Source of the DNA: Antedon mediterranea
Taxonomy: Eukaryota > Animalia > Echinodermata
Reading direction: 5' to 3'
DNA length: 64,000 bases
Assembly: GCF_964355755.1 (NCBI RefSeq)
Contig: NC_092675.1
Coordinates: 305,812 to 369,811 of the forward strand
The position numbers and the translations under genes are program-made. Below the pieces are notes generated by a model that saw only the letters and a program-made list of their open reading frames with translations, was not told the origin of the DNA and did no database searches. This document shows, in pieces, positions 12,370-24,689 of this stretch (the stretch's first letter is position 1; each line of letters opens with the position of its first letter).

Positions 12370-13070
12370 CTGCAGAAGCTTTAATATAAACAACAATATA
12401 TTTTTTTTATCAATCTGTTACTGTAGAAAATCCAAATACCAGTAAGTATTTTTTTTAAATAAACAACCCAGGGCATTTATTGTTCAGGCTGATATTTAGG
12501 CGTGTGTTTATTTCAGGGAGGTGTTTATTTTTTTGGTGTAATATTTATGGTAACATCTTTAATAAAATAAATAGGCCCCTAATGAACCAATATACAACAA
12601 AATAAATTTAAAAAGTGACAAAAAACAGTAAAAATTGTATAAAAAATGGTTGGTAAATTGCAGCTCATGGCATTCAATGAATTCTACCTAAAAACAGAAA
12701 TGTGTTTGCGATACAAAATTGTGTATATGCATGTGGCAGAGTGTTTATTCAAAGTGGAGAGTTGTAACCAATTAAATATGGTATGTTTTTTATATTTTTA
12801 TTCACAAATTGTATATAATAGAAATGTGAACTGTAATACAATATTTTGAATACAATGTGGTGGGGCATTTATTCCAAATGATGTTGTATTGGGGTGTTTA
12901 TTCAAGGGGGTGTTTATTCAATTAAATATGATGATTTATTTATACTTTTATTAACTATTTGCAAATTATTTTTTTTAAATAAAAATTATTATTGTTACTA
13001 AAGAAAATAATTAAAATAATATAATAATAATATATTAAATTATTTGAAGAGCCTGGCATAACAATCTCAC

Positions 13071-13205
13071 CAGCAGTACGTGAACATGAACCACTGCTGA
13101 AGTCACTACTGGTGTCACCATCAACAGCTAATTCAGCATGATATGATATACGACCAGAGGAATAAGTTGTACTCTGGTATGCAACCTTGCCAGTTGATAA
13201 AACAG
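13071..13205 (-). CDS. F-type lectin domain, exon 1
   Basis: cttcag|...|gtgag; VLSTGKVAYQSTTYSSGRISYHAELAVDGDTSSDFSSGSCSRTA, matching GKxAxQSxT...AVDG...GSCxxT. Confidence 0.88.
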
Positions 13206-13894
13206 CTGAAGAGAAAACAATTATTACAAAGTTGAGTATTTAATTTTTCCACAATTTCACAAATAACTGTAACAAGAGCAATTAAACATTGCCTTTTTAC
13301 TGACCAATTTATCATCAATTATTTATTTTATTGATTTCCTATAACCTCTCATATATAAATAATTAAATACTCAATTTACATTATTTTATTCTAAATAAAC
13401 AGGAAAGTAAATTTTATATAGACTTGTTCATATTGCATATACAATAACTATTTGTATTGGAAATGCATGAGCTGCTAAGAAAAAAAAAATACACTTCAAT
13501 TACACAAAAGATTAAACAACATGGTTTCATATACAGTACTTATAGTAGACAAATGCATACAGTATGTAAACTAAAGGTTGAAATAATGTTGGTGTAATAA
13601 TTTTTTTTATATATGACCCTAATGTTTCTCTTCAAACTTAAACATCATTAATTATTCCAATATTAATATATTTTTATTGCTTTAAATCTGAATATTATTA
13701 ATATATTTATTTTCTATTTAATAATTATGATTTATATAAAATGTATTACAATTAACTTATCTTTGTTGGTATATAAAACATGAACATAGAAAGTAGACTA
13801 ACAAGTATGTCTACAGTAGACAGACAGAGTTATAAAAAGTATCAGTAAGATTTAAAGATACATGGATAATAATAGTGCACAAATTAGATTATAT

Positions 13895-14098
13895 AGACGG
13901 TACCAGTCCATCATCTCTTGTAGAAATAGGTTTCACAACAGCTTCTATCCAACTGCTATTAAGGCACCAAACAAACAAGTGTGACTTTGTTTTGAGAATG
14001 TGATGTATTTGTGTTTCAGAGCAACACACTCTCTATGTATATTGTATATATGCAAATGACATTAATAAATGCAAATAATGTTTCAATAAATGAATGAA
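13895..14098 (+). mobile_element. 3'-terminal remnant of a Rex1/L2-type LINE
   Basis: Plus-strand RRYQSIISCRNRFHNSFYPTAIK resembles the ORF2 C-terminal motif (RxRS...TNRF.NSFFP.AI), followed by a UTR ending aataaatgaatgaat. Confidence 0.65.
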
Positions 14099-14236
14099 TT
14101 ATACAAAATAATAACTATATGACAGTTGGGAAGCATAATTGTATCTATGTAAAAAAGTTTGATAAAAATGGTTTAGACAATATGACACAATAATCAATCA
14201 TAGCAGATAAGTAGACAATACAATGATGATACAATT

Positions 14237-14309
14237 TTAAATAGGATTATCTTCTGCCATACTTTGTAGTCCAATATCGTCAGTTGTTTCATTTTCATCC
14301 TTTAAATTT
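14237..14309 (-). CDS. Cytoplasmic-tail last exon of the EGF-TM protein
   Basis: ttttaacag acceptor in phase 2, matching the TM exon donor; (R)NLKDENETTDDIGLQSMAEDNPI*. Confidence 0.7.
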
Positions 14310-14725
14310 CTGTTAAAAGAATAATACACAGATCATATTTTAACATTAAATTATTCAAATGATAGGCCTACATATTATGTTGAGAAAATTTTACATTATG
14401 TTATTGTTATTAACTTTTTAATTTGTTTCCGTCGCTTTAAATAATCTTTAATTTAATCAATTATCCTCGCAAACACCATTTGTCTGTGATTCTCTCTAAT
14501 ACAGTATAACTATTTTGAAGTAGATTGCGTCAGATGTTGCTCATTTGTGTTAACACACATTTTACAGCACCTTCCTGTATCAAACAATGTTAAGATGTAT
14601 ACAAAGTATAACACAGAGTAGAAACCAACACATTATATATTGTATATTTATTTTCTCAAATAAATAATACTTATTTGTACTTTCAATCTTTAACTTCTAA
14701 AATAAAAGTGCAAATTAAAACTAAC

Positions 14726-14858
14726 CTTCGTTTTCGTAATAGAATAATAATAACTACAATCATCAGTAGGATTAATGCAGCCGTAACAGCAGCCGCTATA
14801 ATATATATCATACTGTTACTGGTAGCGATATCTTCTATGGGGCTTTCTGTTGATTGAT
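14726..14858 (-). CDS. Transmembrane exon of the EGF-repeat protein
   Basis: tttag|...|gttag; DQSTESPIEDIATSNSMIYIIAAAVTAALILLMIVVIIILLRKRR, a TM helix followed by a basic stop-transfer run. Confidence 0.88.
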
Positions 14859-15296
14859 CTAAATTAACGATAATAAATGATTAAATCTTTACTACAACTA
14901 ATATGTATGTTTAAAAAATCTAAATCATTGAAGGATAATTTACACATTTCTACGTTACACATCATTGTAAGAAACGTTTAACCACTAAACCGAATGGCAG
15001 TAGTCATTTGCCTGTTGTAACATAATCAGTGTGATTGTAGCATAATCAAATTAGCATTTTTGGTATTTTAAGATTTCAAATAATTAACCTAAAGTAAATG
15101 TATCAGGCTAATTATTTCTACCCAAAAAAGACTTAACATTTTCTATTTTATCATTCTTTTTATTATAGAAAATGGGGTACATATACCATAGTATGTGTGC
15201 TACAATTGTGACTCGAAAGTCCTTTCGGACACAATGTGTACAGTATCTTGAAAGATTGGTAAAAACAACTGAAAATATCGCACTTTAACTACCTAC

Positions 15297-15407
15297 CATT
15301 GTACGTGCTACAGTCGTCACCCAAATACCCTTCAGGGCAGACACAAGTGTATTCTGAAGGATTGGTAGACATACAAGTACCAGGTCCACATGGACTAGAG
15401 GAACAAG
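15297..15407 (-). CDS. EGF-like domain exon (copy 1)
   Basis: 111-bp phase 1-1 exon; ACSSSPCGPGTCMSTNPSEYTCVCPEGYLGDDCSTYN. Confidence 0.9.
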
Positions 15408-15499
15408 CTGCAAAAAACACAAACCACATAAACTGAATTACTGTAATTATAAATGATGAGTTGGTTTTAAAACTTTATTAACGAAAGGAGTGTACCTAC

Positions 15500-15610
15500 C
15501 ATTGTACGTGCTACAGTCGTCACCCAAATACCCTTCAGGGCAGACACAAGTGTATTCTGAAGGATTGGTAGACATACAAGTACCAGGTCCACATGGACTA
15601 GAGGAACAAG
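15500..15610 (-). CDS. EGF-like domain exon (copy 2, same sequence as copy 1)
   Basis: 111-bp exon; tandem exon+intron duplication with a period of about 202 bp. Confidence 0.9.
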
Positions 15611-15701
15611 CTGGAAATAACACAAACCACATAAACTGAATTACTGTAAATACATTTATTTTGTTAGTTTAATAATGAACGAGGTATTGGTTTTTACCTA
15701 C

Positions 15702-15812
15702 CATTGTAAATGCTACAGTCGTCCCCCGAATACCCTTCAGGGCAGACACAAGTGGATCCTGAAGGATTGGTAGACATACAAGTACCAGGTCCACATGGAC
15801 TAGAGGAACAAG
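15702..15812 (-). CDS. EGF-like domain exon (copy 3)
   Basis: 111-bp exon; ACSSSPCGPGTCMSTNPSGSTCVCPEGYSGDDCSIYN. Confidence 0.9.
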
Positions 15813-15903
15813 CTGTAAATAACACAAATCACATAAACTGAATTACTGTAATTATAAATTTGTTTTGTTAGTTTAATAATGAACGAGGTATGGGTTTATC
15901 TAG

Positions 15904-15928
15904 CATTGTAAATGCTACAGTCGTCCCC
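15904..15928 (-). pseudogene. Truncated fourth EGF exon at the array junction
   Basis: Only GDDCSIYN remains, the donor reads CT instead of GT, and the sequence switches to the array unit at tcccc. Confidence 0.8.
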
Positions 15929-16452
15929 AAACTTTAATTTCAGAGACAGACACTATGGGGTAGTACTACTAGGGCTAAAGATGCAATAAAGCAAATATTT
16001 TCTAAACATTGTCGAAAGTCATCATTTTTTAGTCATGCGAACGATGTAAACAAGTTACGCCCTTTGTTGCACGAAACAAAGTTTTCAAAGTAATAATTGA
16101 AAATAAAATTAGTTTTTTTTTAGCAATTTATTTGATATATTATATAAACATTGTCAATATTAATAAAATATGGATTGTTAAACACCTCTAAAAATGTGAT
16201 AAATGTCAACAAAAATGAATATGAATTTGGTCTAAAGTTATATGTTTCGGACCACAAAGTGATCTATCTAGCTATATATGTAGCTTTCTATCATAATTTA
16301 CCATAAAACGTTTATTTAAGACAAGGAATGACTTGGTTTAATGTTTTTAAAGTATTATATATATTTAGTATTTTTACAAATTGTCACAAATTATAGGAAA
16401 ATGGTCTTTAGATAAGAAGTAAATAAATTCCTTAATTAAGTACAGAACTTAC

Positions 16453-16786
16453 CAAAGACAATCCAATACATTGCTTTAACCTGCATTTCTCGCTAATCCT
16501 GTTTTGTCCGCCAAATTTCTTCGTATCCTGAATAAAGCATTCACAATAATAATTTAAACAAATTATATTTAATATTCAACTAAAAAGGTAGCCATACATT
16601 ATGTGGTGTTTGTTAGGGTATTGCTGAACTATGCAAATATAAATAAAGTGGACACCTTATGACATAGATTTAATTTGCCATTAATCTAGTATACTAAAAC
16701 AATCTACTAACCAAGGAGTAGTCACATTCCCCACAATCGTCTTGACGTTAGCAAGCATCACAGCATCCGTATCTACGTTTTGATTA
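16453..16786 (-). pseudogene. CXXC zinc-finger pseudo-exon pair, copy 1 (exons 16712-16786 and 16453-16527)
   Basis: Spliced translation *SKRRYGCCDAC*RQDDCGECDYSL|DTKKFGGQNRISEKCRLKQCIGLSL; canonical ag/gt sites; two 75-bp phase-0 exons. Confidence 0.9.
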
Positions 16787-16814
16787 CTGAAAAGAAGGGT
16801 AAAAAAAAAACATA

Positions 16815-18064
16815 AACTGGCCTACTACTTACTTACGCAACCTGGCCTTCTACTTACTTACGCAACCTGGCCTGCTACTTACGCACGCAACCTGGCCTGC
16901 TACTAACGCACGCTACCTGGCCTGCTACTTACGCACGCAACCTGGCCTGCTACTTACTTAGGCAACCTGGCCTGCTACTTACTTAGGCAACCTGGCCTGC
17001 TACTTACTTAGGCAACCTGGCCTGCCACTTACTTACGCAACCTGGCCTGCCACTTACTTACGCAACCTGGCCTGCCACTTACGCACGCAACCTGGCATGC
17101 CACTTACGCACGCAACCTGGCCTGCCACTTACGCACGCAACCTGGCCTGCCACTTACGCACGCAACCTGGCCTGCCACTTACGCACGCAACCTGGCCTGC
17201 CACTTACGCACGCAACCTGGCCTGCCACTTACTTACGCAACCTGGCCTGCCACTTACTTACGCAACCTGGCCTGCCACTTACGCACGCAACCTGGCCTGC
17301 CACTTACGCACGCAACCTGGCCTGCCACTTACGCACGCAACCTGGCCTGCCACTTACGCACGCAACCTGGCCTGCCACTTACGCACGCAACCTGGCCTGC
17401 CACTTACGCACGCAACCTGGCCTGCCACTTACGCACGCAACCTGCCCTGCCACTTACGCACGCAACCTGCCCTGCCACTTACGCACGCAACCTGGCCTGC
17501 TACTTACTCACGCAACCTGGCCTGCTACTTACGCACGCAACCTGGCTTTCTACTTACTTACGCAACCTGGCCTGCCACTTACTTACGCAACCTGGCCTGC
17601 CACTTACTTACGCAACCTGGCCTGCCACTTACTCACGCAACCTGGCCTGCTACTTACGCACGCAACCTGGCCTGCTACTTACTCACGCAACCTGGCCTGC
17701 TACTTACGCACGCAACCTGGCCTGCTACTTACTTACGCAACCTGGCTTTCCACTTACGCACGCAACCTGGCCTGCCACTTACGCACGCAACCTGGCCTGC
17801 CACTTACGCACGCAACCTGGCCTGCCACTTACTTACGCAACCTGGCCTGCCACTTACTTACGCAACCTGGCCTGCTACTTACGCACGCAACCTGGCCTGC
17901 TACTTACGCACGCAACCTGGCCTGCTACTTGCATAACCTGACCTACTACTTAAGTACGCAACCTGGCCTACTACTTACGTAAGCAATCTGGCCTGCTACT
18001 TACGCAACCTGGCCTACTTACGTACGCAACCTGGCCTACTACTTACGTAACCAGGCCTACTTAC
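16815..18064. repeat. 25-bp minisatellite array 1, filling an intron
   Basis: Monomer acttac(gc/tt)acgcaacctggcctgc(c/t), about 50 copies. Sister arrays: 19807-20531, 22275-23313, 25051-26429, 28158-29628, 31502-32697, 34571-35791, 37530-38703, 40451-41175, 42918-43956, 45694-47077, 48806-50276, 52150-53295, 55169-56389, 58128-59301, 61050-61924, 63673-64000. Confidence 0.97.
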
Positions 18065-18202
18065 ATATATGTTATGGCATTATTCCATGTGGTCCATCAG
18101 CCACCAGAATCTTATTTGTAGAGGACAAAAGCACACAGGTGAAAAGGTGTAGATCTTCATTCTGGGAACTGGACAAATATACTTCAGGGGAAGGCATAGT
18201 TC
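18065..18202 (-). pseudogene. 138-bp exon-like segment upstream of the minisatellite intron (present in every complete unit); product unknown
   Basis: gttag|GAACTATG...CATATAT|gtaagt; length is a multiple of 3; one stop in phase 0. Confidence 0.6.
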
Positions 18203-18403
18203 CTAACATTAACAACAGAATATTTAAACATGATACATTTTCTAAGAATTACATGAAAATGTTTTCACAACACAAATACTACGTATTACATTGTGTATTT
18301 TAACTAATAACAGTCCCACATTAAACATTACATGAAATACACAAACCTTTTAAATGGAAATATGTGATAATATTAAAAATATAGTGACAAAATTGGTTCT
18401 TAC

Positions 18404-18527
18404 CCTTGGTATCATGTACTTGTGGTCTCTGTGAGCATCACCCTGTTTTGACGATGTTTCACTGTCCTTACGTTTACGCAATTTACACAATTTTATTCTC
18501 TTTTTTTATCATCAATACCTCCGCCTA
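18404..18527 (-). pseudogene. Further exon-like segment (present in every complete unit), basic and low-complexity
   Basis: ttttacag|tag...CCAAGG|gtaaga; the 3' part reads KKRIKLCKLRKRKDSETSSKQGDAHRDHKYMIPR in phase 0, with stops upstream. Confidence 0.45.
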
Positions 18528-19444
18528 CTGTAAAATTCTCCTTCATGAGAAACAAAATACATATATATTTTTGTGTCTCAATGCTGTGTGTGATTAGGCT
18601 AATTTCACTACAACCATGTGTATGCAAATTTGGTGTAATGGTTTTGTAACCAGCCTTTCAACTAACAATATTTTCAGTTGACTAACAATAGAACAGCAAC
18701 GCCAAAAACAAACAGGTGAATTTTAAAAGAAATTTTTAAAACTACTTGCATCAAAAAACATGTAAATTAAATTTAATCATGTTTTAAAATTACAAATCAC
18801 AAATTATAAACTCTTGCCTATTGTACAAAAATGAAGTTTTTAGCCCCGGGACGATTCGGCACACATAAATTCATCGGCTTTGATATGCGTTTTATAAGCA
18901 TAAAATAAGCTTTTTTCCCCAAACTTTATTTTCAGAGACAGACACTATGGGGTAGTACTACTAGGGCTAAAGATGCAATAAAGCAAAGATTTTCTAAACA
19001 TTGTCGAAAGTCATCATTTTTTAGTCATGCGAACGATGTAAACAAGTTACGCCCTTTGTTGCACGAAACAAAGTTTTCGAAGTAATAATTGAAAATAAAA
19101 TTAGTTTTTTTTTAGCAATTTATTTGATATATTATATAAACATTGTCAATATTAATAAAATATGGATTGTTAAACACCTCTAAAAATGTGATAAATGTCC
19201 ACAAAAATGAATATGAATTTGGTCTAAAGTTATATGTTTCGGACCACAAAGTGATCTATCTAGCTATATATGTAGCTTTCTATCATAATTTACCATAAAA
19301 CGTTTATTTAAGACAAGGAATGACTTGGTTTAATGTTTTTAAAGTATTATATATATTTATTATTTTTACAAATTGTCACAAATTATAGGAAAATGGTCTT
19401 TAGATAAGAAGTAAATAAATTCCTTAATTAAGTACAGAACTTAC

Positions 19445-19778
19445 CAAAGACAATCCAATACATTGCTTTAACCTGCATTTCTCGCTAATCCTGTTTTGTC
19501 CGCCAAATTTCTTCGTATCCTGAATAAAGCATTCACAATAATAATTTAAACAAATTATATTTAATATTCAACTAAAAAGGTAGCCATACATTATGTGGTG
19601 TTTGTTAGGGTATTGCTGAACTATGCAAATATAAATAAAGTGGACACCTTATGACATAGATTTAATTTGCCATTAATCTAGTATACTAAAACAATCTACT
19701 AACCAAGGAGTAGTCACATTCCCCACAATCGTCTTGACGTTAGCAAGCATCACAGCATCCGTATCTACGTTTTGATTA
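19445..19778 (-). pseudogene. CXXC pseudo-exon pair, copy 2
   Basis: Same as copy 1 (full-length type). Confidence 0.88.
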
Positions 19779-21921
19779 CTGAAAAGAAGGGTAAAAAAAA
19801 AACATAAACTGGCCTACTACTTACTTACGCAACCTGGCCTTCTACTTACTTACGCAACCTGGCCTGCTACTTACGCACGCAACCTGGCCTGCTACTTACT
19901 TAGGCAACCTGGCCTGCTACTTACTTAGGCAACCTGGCCTGCTACTTACTTATGCAACCTGGCCTGCCACTTACTTACGCAACCTGGCCTGCCACTTACT
20001 TACGCAACCTGGCCTGCCACTTACTCACGCAACCTGGCCTGCTACTTACGCACGCAACCTGGCCTGCTACTTACGTACGCAGCCTGGCCTGCTACTTACG
20101 CACGCAACCTGGCCTGCCACTTACGCACGCAACCTGGCCTGCCACTTACGCACGCAACCTGGCCTGCCACTTACGCACGCAACCTGGCCTGCCACTTACG
20201 CACGCAACCTGGCCTGCCACTTACGCACGCAACCTGGCCTGCCACTTACGCACGCAACCTGGCCTGCCACTTACTTACGCAACCTAGCCTGCCACTTACT
20301 TACGCAACCTGGCCTGCTACTTACGCACGCAACCTGGCCTGCTACTTACGCACGCAACCTGGCCTGCTACTTACGCACGCAACCTGGCCTGCTACTTGCA
20401 TAACCTGACCTACTACTTACGTACGCAACCTGGCCTACTACTTACGTAAGCAATCTAGCCTGCTACTTACGCAACCTGGCCTACTTACGTACGCAACCTG
20501 GCCTACTACTTACGTAACCAGGCCTACTTACATATATGTTATGGCAGTAATCCATGTGGTCCATCAGTCACCAGAATCTTATTTGTAGAGGACAAAAGCA
20601 CACAGGTGAAAAGGTGTAGATCTTCATTCTGGGAACTGGAAAAATATACTTCAGGGGAAGGCATAGTTCCTAACATTAACAACAGAATATTCAAACATGA
20701 TACATTTTCTAAGAATTACATGAAAATGTTTTCACAACACAAATACTACGTATTACATTGTGTATTTTAACTAATAACAGTCCCACATTAAACATTACAT
20801 GAAATACACAAACCTTTTAAATGGAAATATGTGATAATATTAAAAATATAGTGACAAAATTGGTTCTTACCCTTGGTATCATGTACGTGTGGTCTCTGTG
20901 AGCATCACCCTGTTCTGACGATGTTTCAATGTCCTTACGTTTACGCAATTTACACAATTTTATTCTCTTCTTTTATCATCAATACCTCCGCCTACTGTAA
21001 AATTCTCCTACATATGAATTCATGAGAAACAAAATACATATATATTTTTGTGTCTCAATGCTGTGTGTGATTAGGCTAATTTCACTACAACCATGTGTAT
21101 GCAAATTTGGTGTAATGGTTTTGTAACCAGCCTTTCAACTAACAATATTTTCAGTTGACTAACAATAGAACAGCAACGCCAAAAACAAACAGGTGAATTT
21201 TAAAAGAAATTTTTAAAACTACTTGCATCAAAAAACATGTAAATTAAATTTAATCATGTTTTAAAATTACAAATCTCATATTATAAACTCTTGCCTATTG
21301 TACAAAAATGAAGTTTTTAGCCCCGGGACGATTCGGCACACATAAATTCATCGGCTTTGATATGCATTTTATAAGCATAAAATAAGCTTTTTTCCCCAAA
21401 CTTTATTTTCAGAGACAGACACTATGGGGTAGTACTACTAGGGCTAAAGATGCAATAAAGCAAACATTTTCTAAACATTGTCGAAAGTCATCATTTTTTA
21501 GTCATGCGAACGATGTAAACAAGTTACGCTCTTTGTTGCACGAAACAAAGTTTTCGAAGTAATAATTGAAAATAAAATTAGGTTTTTTTTAGCAATTTAT
21601 TTGATATATTATATAAACATTGTCAATATTAATAAAATATGGATTGTTAAACACCTCTAAAAATGTGATAAATGTCAACAAAAATGAATATGAATTTGGT
21701 CTAAAGTTATACGATTCGGACCACAAAGTGATCTATCTAGCTATCTATGTAGCTTTCTATCATAATTTACCATAAAACGTTTATTTAAGACAAGGAATGA
21801 CTTGGTTTAATGTTTTTAAAGTATTATATATATTTATTATTTTTACAAATTGTCACAAATTATAGGAAAATGGTCTTTAGATAAGAAGTAAATAAATTCC
21901 TTAATTAAGTACAGAACTTAC

Positions 21922-22246
21922 CAAAGACAATCCAATACATTGCTTTAACCTGCATTTCTCGCTAATCCTGTTTTGTCCGCCAAATTTCTTCGTATCCTGA
22001 GTAAAGCATTCACAATAATAATTTAAAAAAATTATATTTAATATTCAACTAAAAAGGTAGCCATACATTATGTGGTGTTTGTTAGGGTATTGCTGAACCA
22101 TGCAAATATAAATAAAGTGGACACCTTATGACATAGATTTAATTTGCCTTTAATCTAGTATACTAAAACAATCTACTAACCAAGGAGAAGCCACAATCGT
22201 CTTGACGTTAGCAAGCATCACAGCATCCGTATCTACGTTTTGATTA
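21922..22246 (-). pseudogene. CXXC pseudo-exon pair, copy 3
   Basis: 9-bp deletion type (DDCGFSL). Confidence 0.88.
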
Positions 22247-24689
22247 CTGAAAAGAAGGGTAAAAAAAAAACATAAACTGGCCTACTACTTACTTACGCAA
22301 CCTGGCCTGCTACTTACGCACGCAACCTGGCCTGCTACTTACGCACGCAACCTGGCCTTCTACTTACGCACGCAACCTGGCCTTCTACTTACTTAGGCAA
22401 CCTGGCCTTCTACTTACTTACGCAACCTGGCCTGCTACTTACGCACGCAACCTGGCCTGCTACTTACGCACGCAACCTGGCCTTCTACTTACTCACGCAA
22501 CCTGCCCTGCTACTTACGCACGCAACCTGGCCTGCTACTTATGCACGCAACCTGCCCTGCTACTTACGCACGCAACCTGGCCTGCTACTTACTTACGCAA
22601 CCTGGCCTGCCACTTACGCACGCAACCTGGCCTGCCACTTACGCACGCAACCTGGCCTGCCACTTACGCACGCAACCTGGCCTGCCACTTACGCACGCAA
22701 CCTGGCCTGCCACTTACGCACGCAACCTGGCCTGCCACTTACGCACGCAACCTGGCCTGCTACTTACGCAACCTGGCTTGCTACTTACTTACGCAACCTG
22801 GCCTGCTACTTACGCACGCAACCTGGCCTGCTACTTACGCACGCAACCTGGCCTGCTACTTACGCACGCAACCTGGCATGCTACTTACGCACGCAACCTG
22901 GCATGCTACTTACGCACGCAACCTGGCATGCTACTTACTTACGCAACCTGGCCTGCTACTTACGCACGCAACCTGGCCTGCTACTTACGCACGCAACCTG
23001 GCCTGCCACTTACGCACGCAAACTGGCCTGCCACTTACGCACGCAACCTGGCCTGCCACTTACGCACGCAACCTGGCCTGCCACTTACGCACGCAACCTG
23101 GCCTGCCACTTACGCACGCAACCTGGCCTGCCACTTACGCACGCAACCTGGCCTGCTACTTACTTACGCAACCTGGCCTGCTACTTACGCACGCAACCTG
23201 GCCTGCTACTTATTTACGCAACCTGGCCTACTACTTACGTAAGCAATCTGGCCTGCTACTTACGCACGCAACCTGGCCTGCCACTTACTTACGCAACCTG
23301 GCCTACTACTTACATATATGTTATGGCATTAATCCATGTGGTCCATCAGCCACCAGAATCTTATTTGTAGAGGACAAAAGCACACAGGTGAAAAGGTGTA
23401 GATCTTCATTCTGGGAACTGGACAAATATACTTCAGGGGAAGGCATAGTTCCTAACATTAACAACAGAATATTTAAACATGATACATTTTCTAAGAATTA
23501 CATGAAAATGTTTTCACAACACAAATACTACGTATTACATTGTGTATTTTAACTAATAACAGTCCCACATTAAACATTACATGAAATACACAAACCTTTT
23601 AAATGGAAATATGTGATAATATTAAAAATATAGTGACAAAATTGGTTCTTACCCTTGGTATCATGTACTTGTGGTCTCTGTGAGCATCACCCTGTTTTGA
23701 CGATGTTTCACTGTCCTTACGTTTACGCAATTTACACAATTTTATTCTCTTCTTTTATCATCAATACCTCCGCCTACTGTAAAATTCTCCTTCATGAGAA
23801 ACAAAATACATATATATTTTTGTGTCTCAATGCTGTGTGTGATTAGGCTAATTTCACTACAACCATGTGTATGCAAATTTGGTGTAATGGTTTTGTAACC
23901 ACCCTTTCAACTAACAATATTTTCAGTTGACAAACAATAGAACAGCAACGCCAAAAACAAACAGGTGAATTTTAAAAGAAATTTTTAAAACTACTTGCAT
24001 CAAAAAACATGTAAATTAAATTTAATCATGTTTTAAAATTACAAATCACAAATTATAAACTCTTGCCTATTGTACAAAAATGAAGTTTTTAGCCCCGGGA
24101 CGATTCGGCACACATAAATTTATCGGCTTTGATATGCGTTTTATAAGCATAAAATAAGCTTTTTTCCCCAAACTTTATTTTCAGAGACACTATGGGGTAG
24201 TACTACTAGGGCTAAAGATGCAATAAAGCAAACATTTTCTAAACATTGTCGAAAGTCATCATTTTTTAGTCATGCGAACGATGTAAACAAGTTACGCCCT
24301 TTGTTGCTCGAAACAAAGTTTTCGAAGTAATAATTGAAAATAAAATTAGTTTTTTTTTAGCAATTTATTTGATATATTATATAAACATTGTCAATATTAA
24401 TAAAATATGGATTGTTAAACACCTCTAAAAATGTGATAAATGTCAACAAAAATTAATATGAATTTGGTCTAAAGTTATACGTTTCGGACCACAAAGTGAT
24501 CTATCTAGCTATCTACGTAGCTTTCTATCATAATTTACCATAAAACGTTTATTTAAGACAAGGAATGACTTGGTTTAATGTTTTTAAAGTATTATATATA
24601 TTTATTATTTTTACAAATTGTCACAAATTATAGGAAAATGGTCTTTAGATAAGAAGTAAATAAATTCCTTAATTAAGTACAGAACATAC

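Noticed and set aside
12465-12930. gggcatttatt/gtgtttatt motif clusters as a defined element
   Set aside because: Probably an old MITE remnant, but I could not define termini or a target-site duplication.
16453-16786. Functional multi-CXXC protein encoded by the array
   Set aside because: All 17 copies keep the in-frame TAA stops and lack two Zn-binding cysteines; some also lost the acceptor or carry a frameshift.
18065-18202. Selenocysteine read-through in the TGA-containing frame
   Set aside because: That frame also contains TAA, no SECIS is evident, and there is no selenoprotein similarity.
18406-18597. Recurrent 63-aa MVSCTCGLCEHH ORF, and the 79-aa and 84-aa plus-strand ORFs
   Set aside because: No recognisable domain; the 63-aa ORF starts at TTG; they are broken or absent in sister units and mostly antisense to exon-like segments.
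18830-19100. Spacer segment of the unit as an RNA gene or transposon end
   Set aside because: No recognisable tRNA, 5S or snRNA features and no matching inverted terminus were found by eye; an Rfam or Dfam search would be needed.
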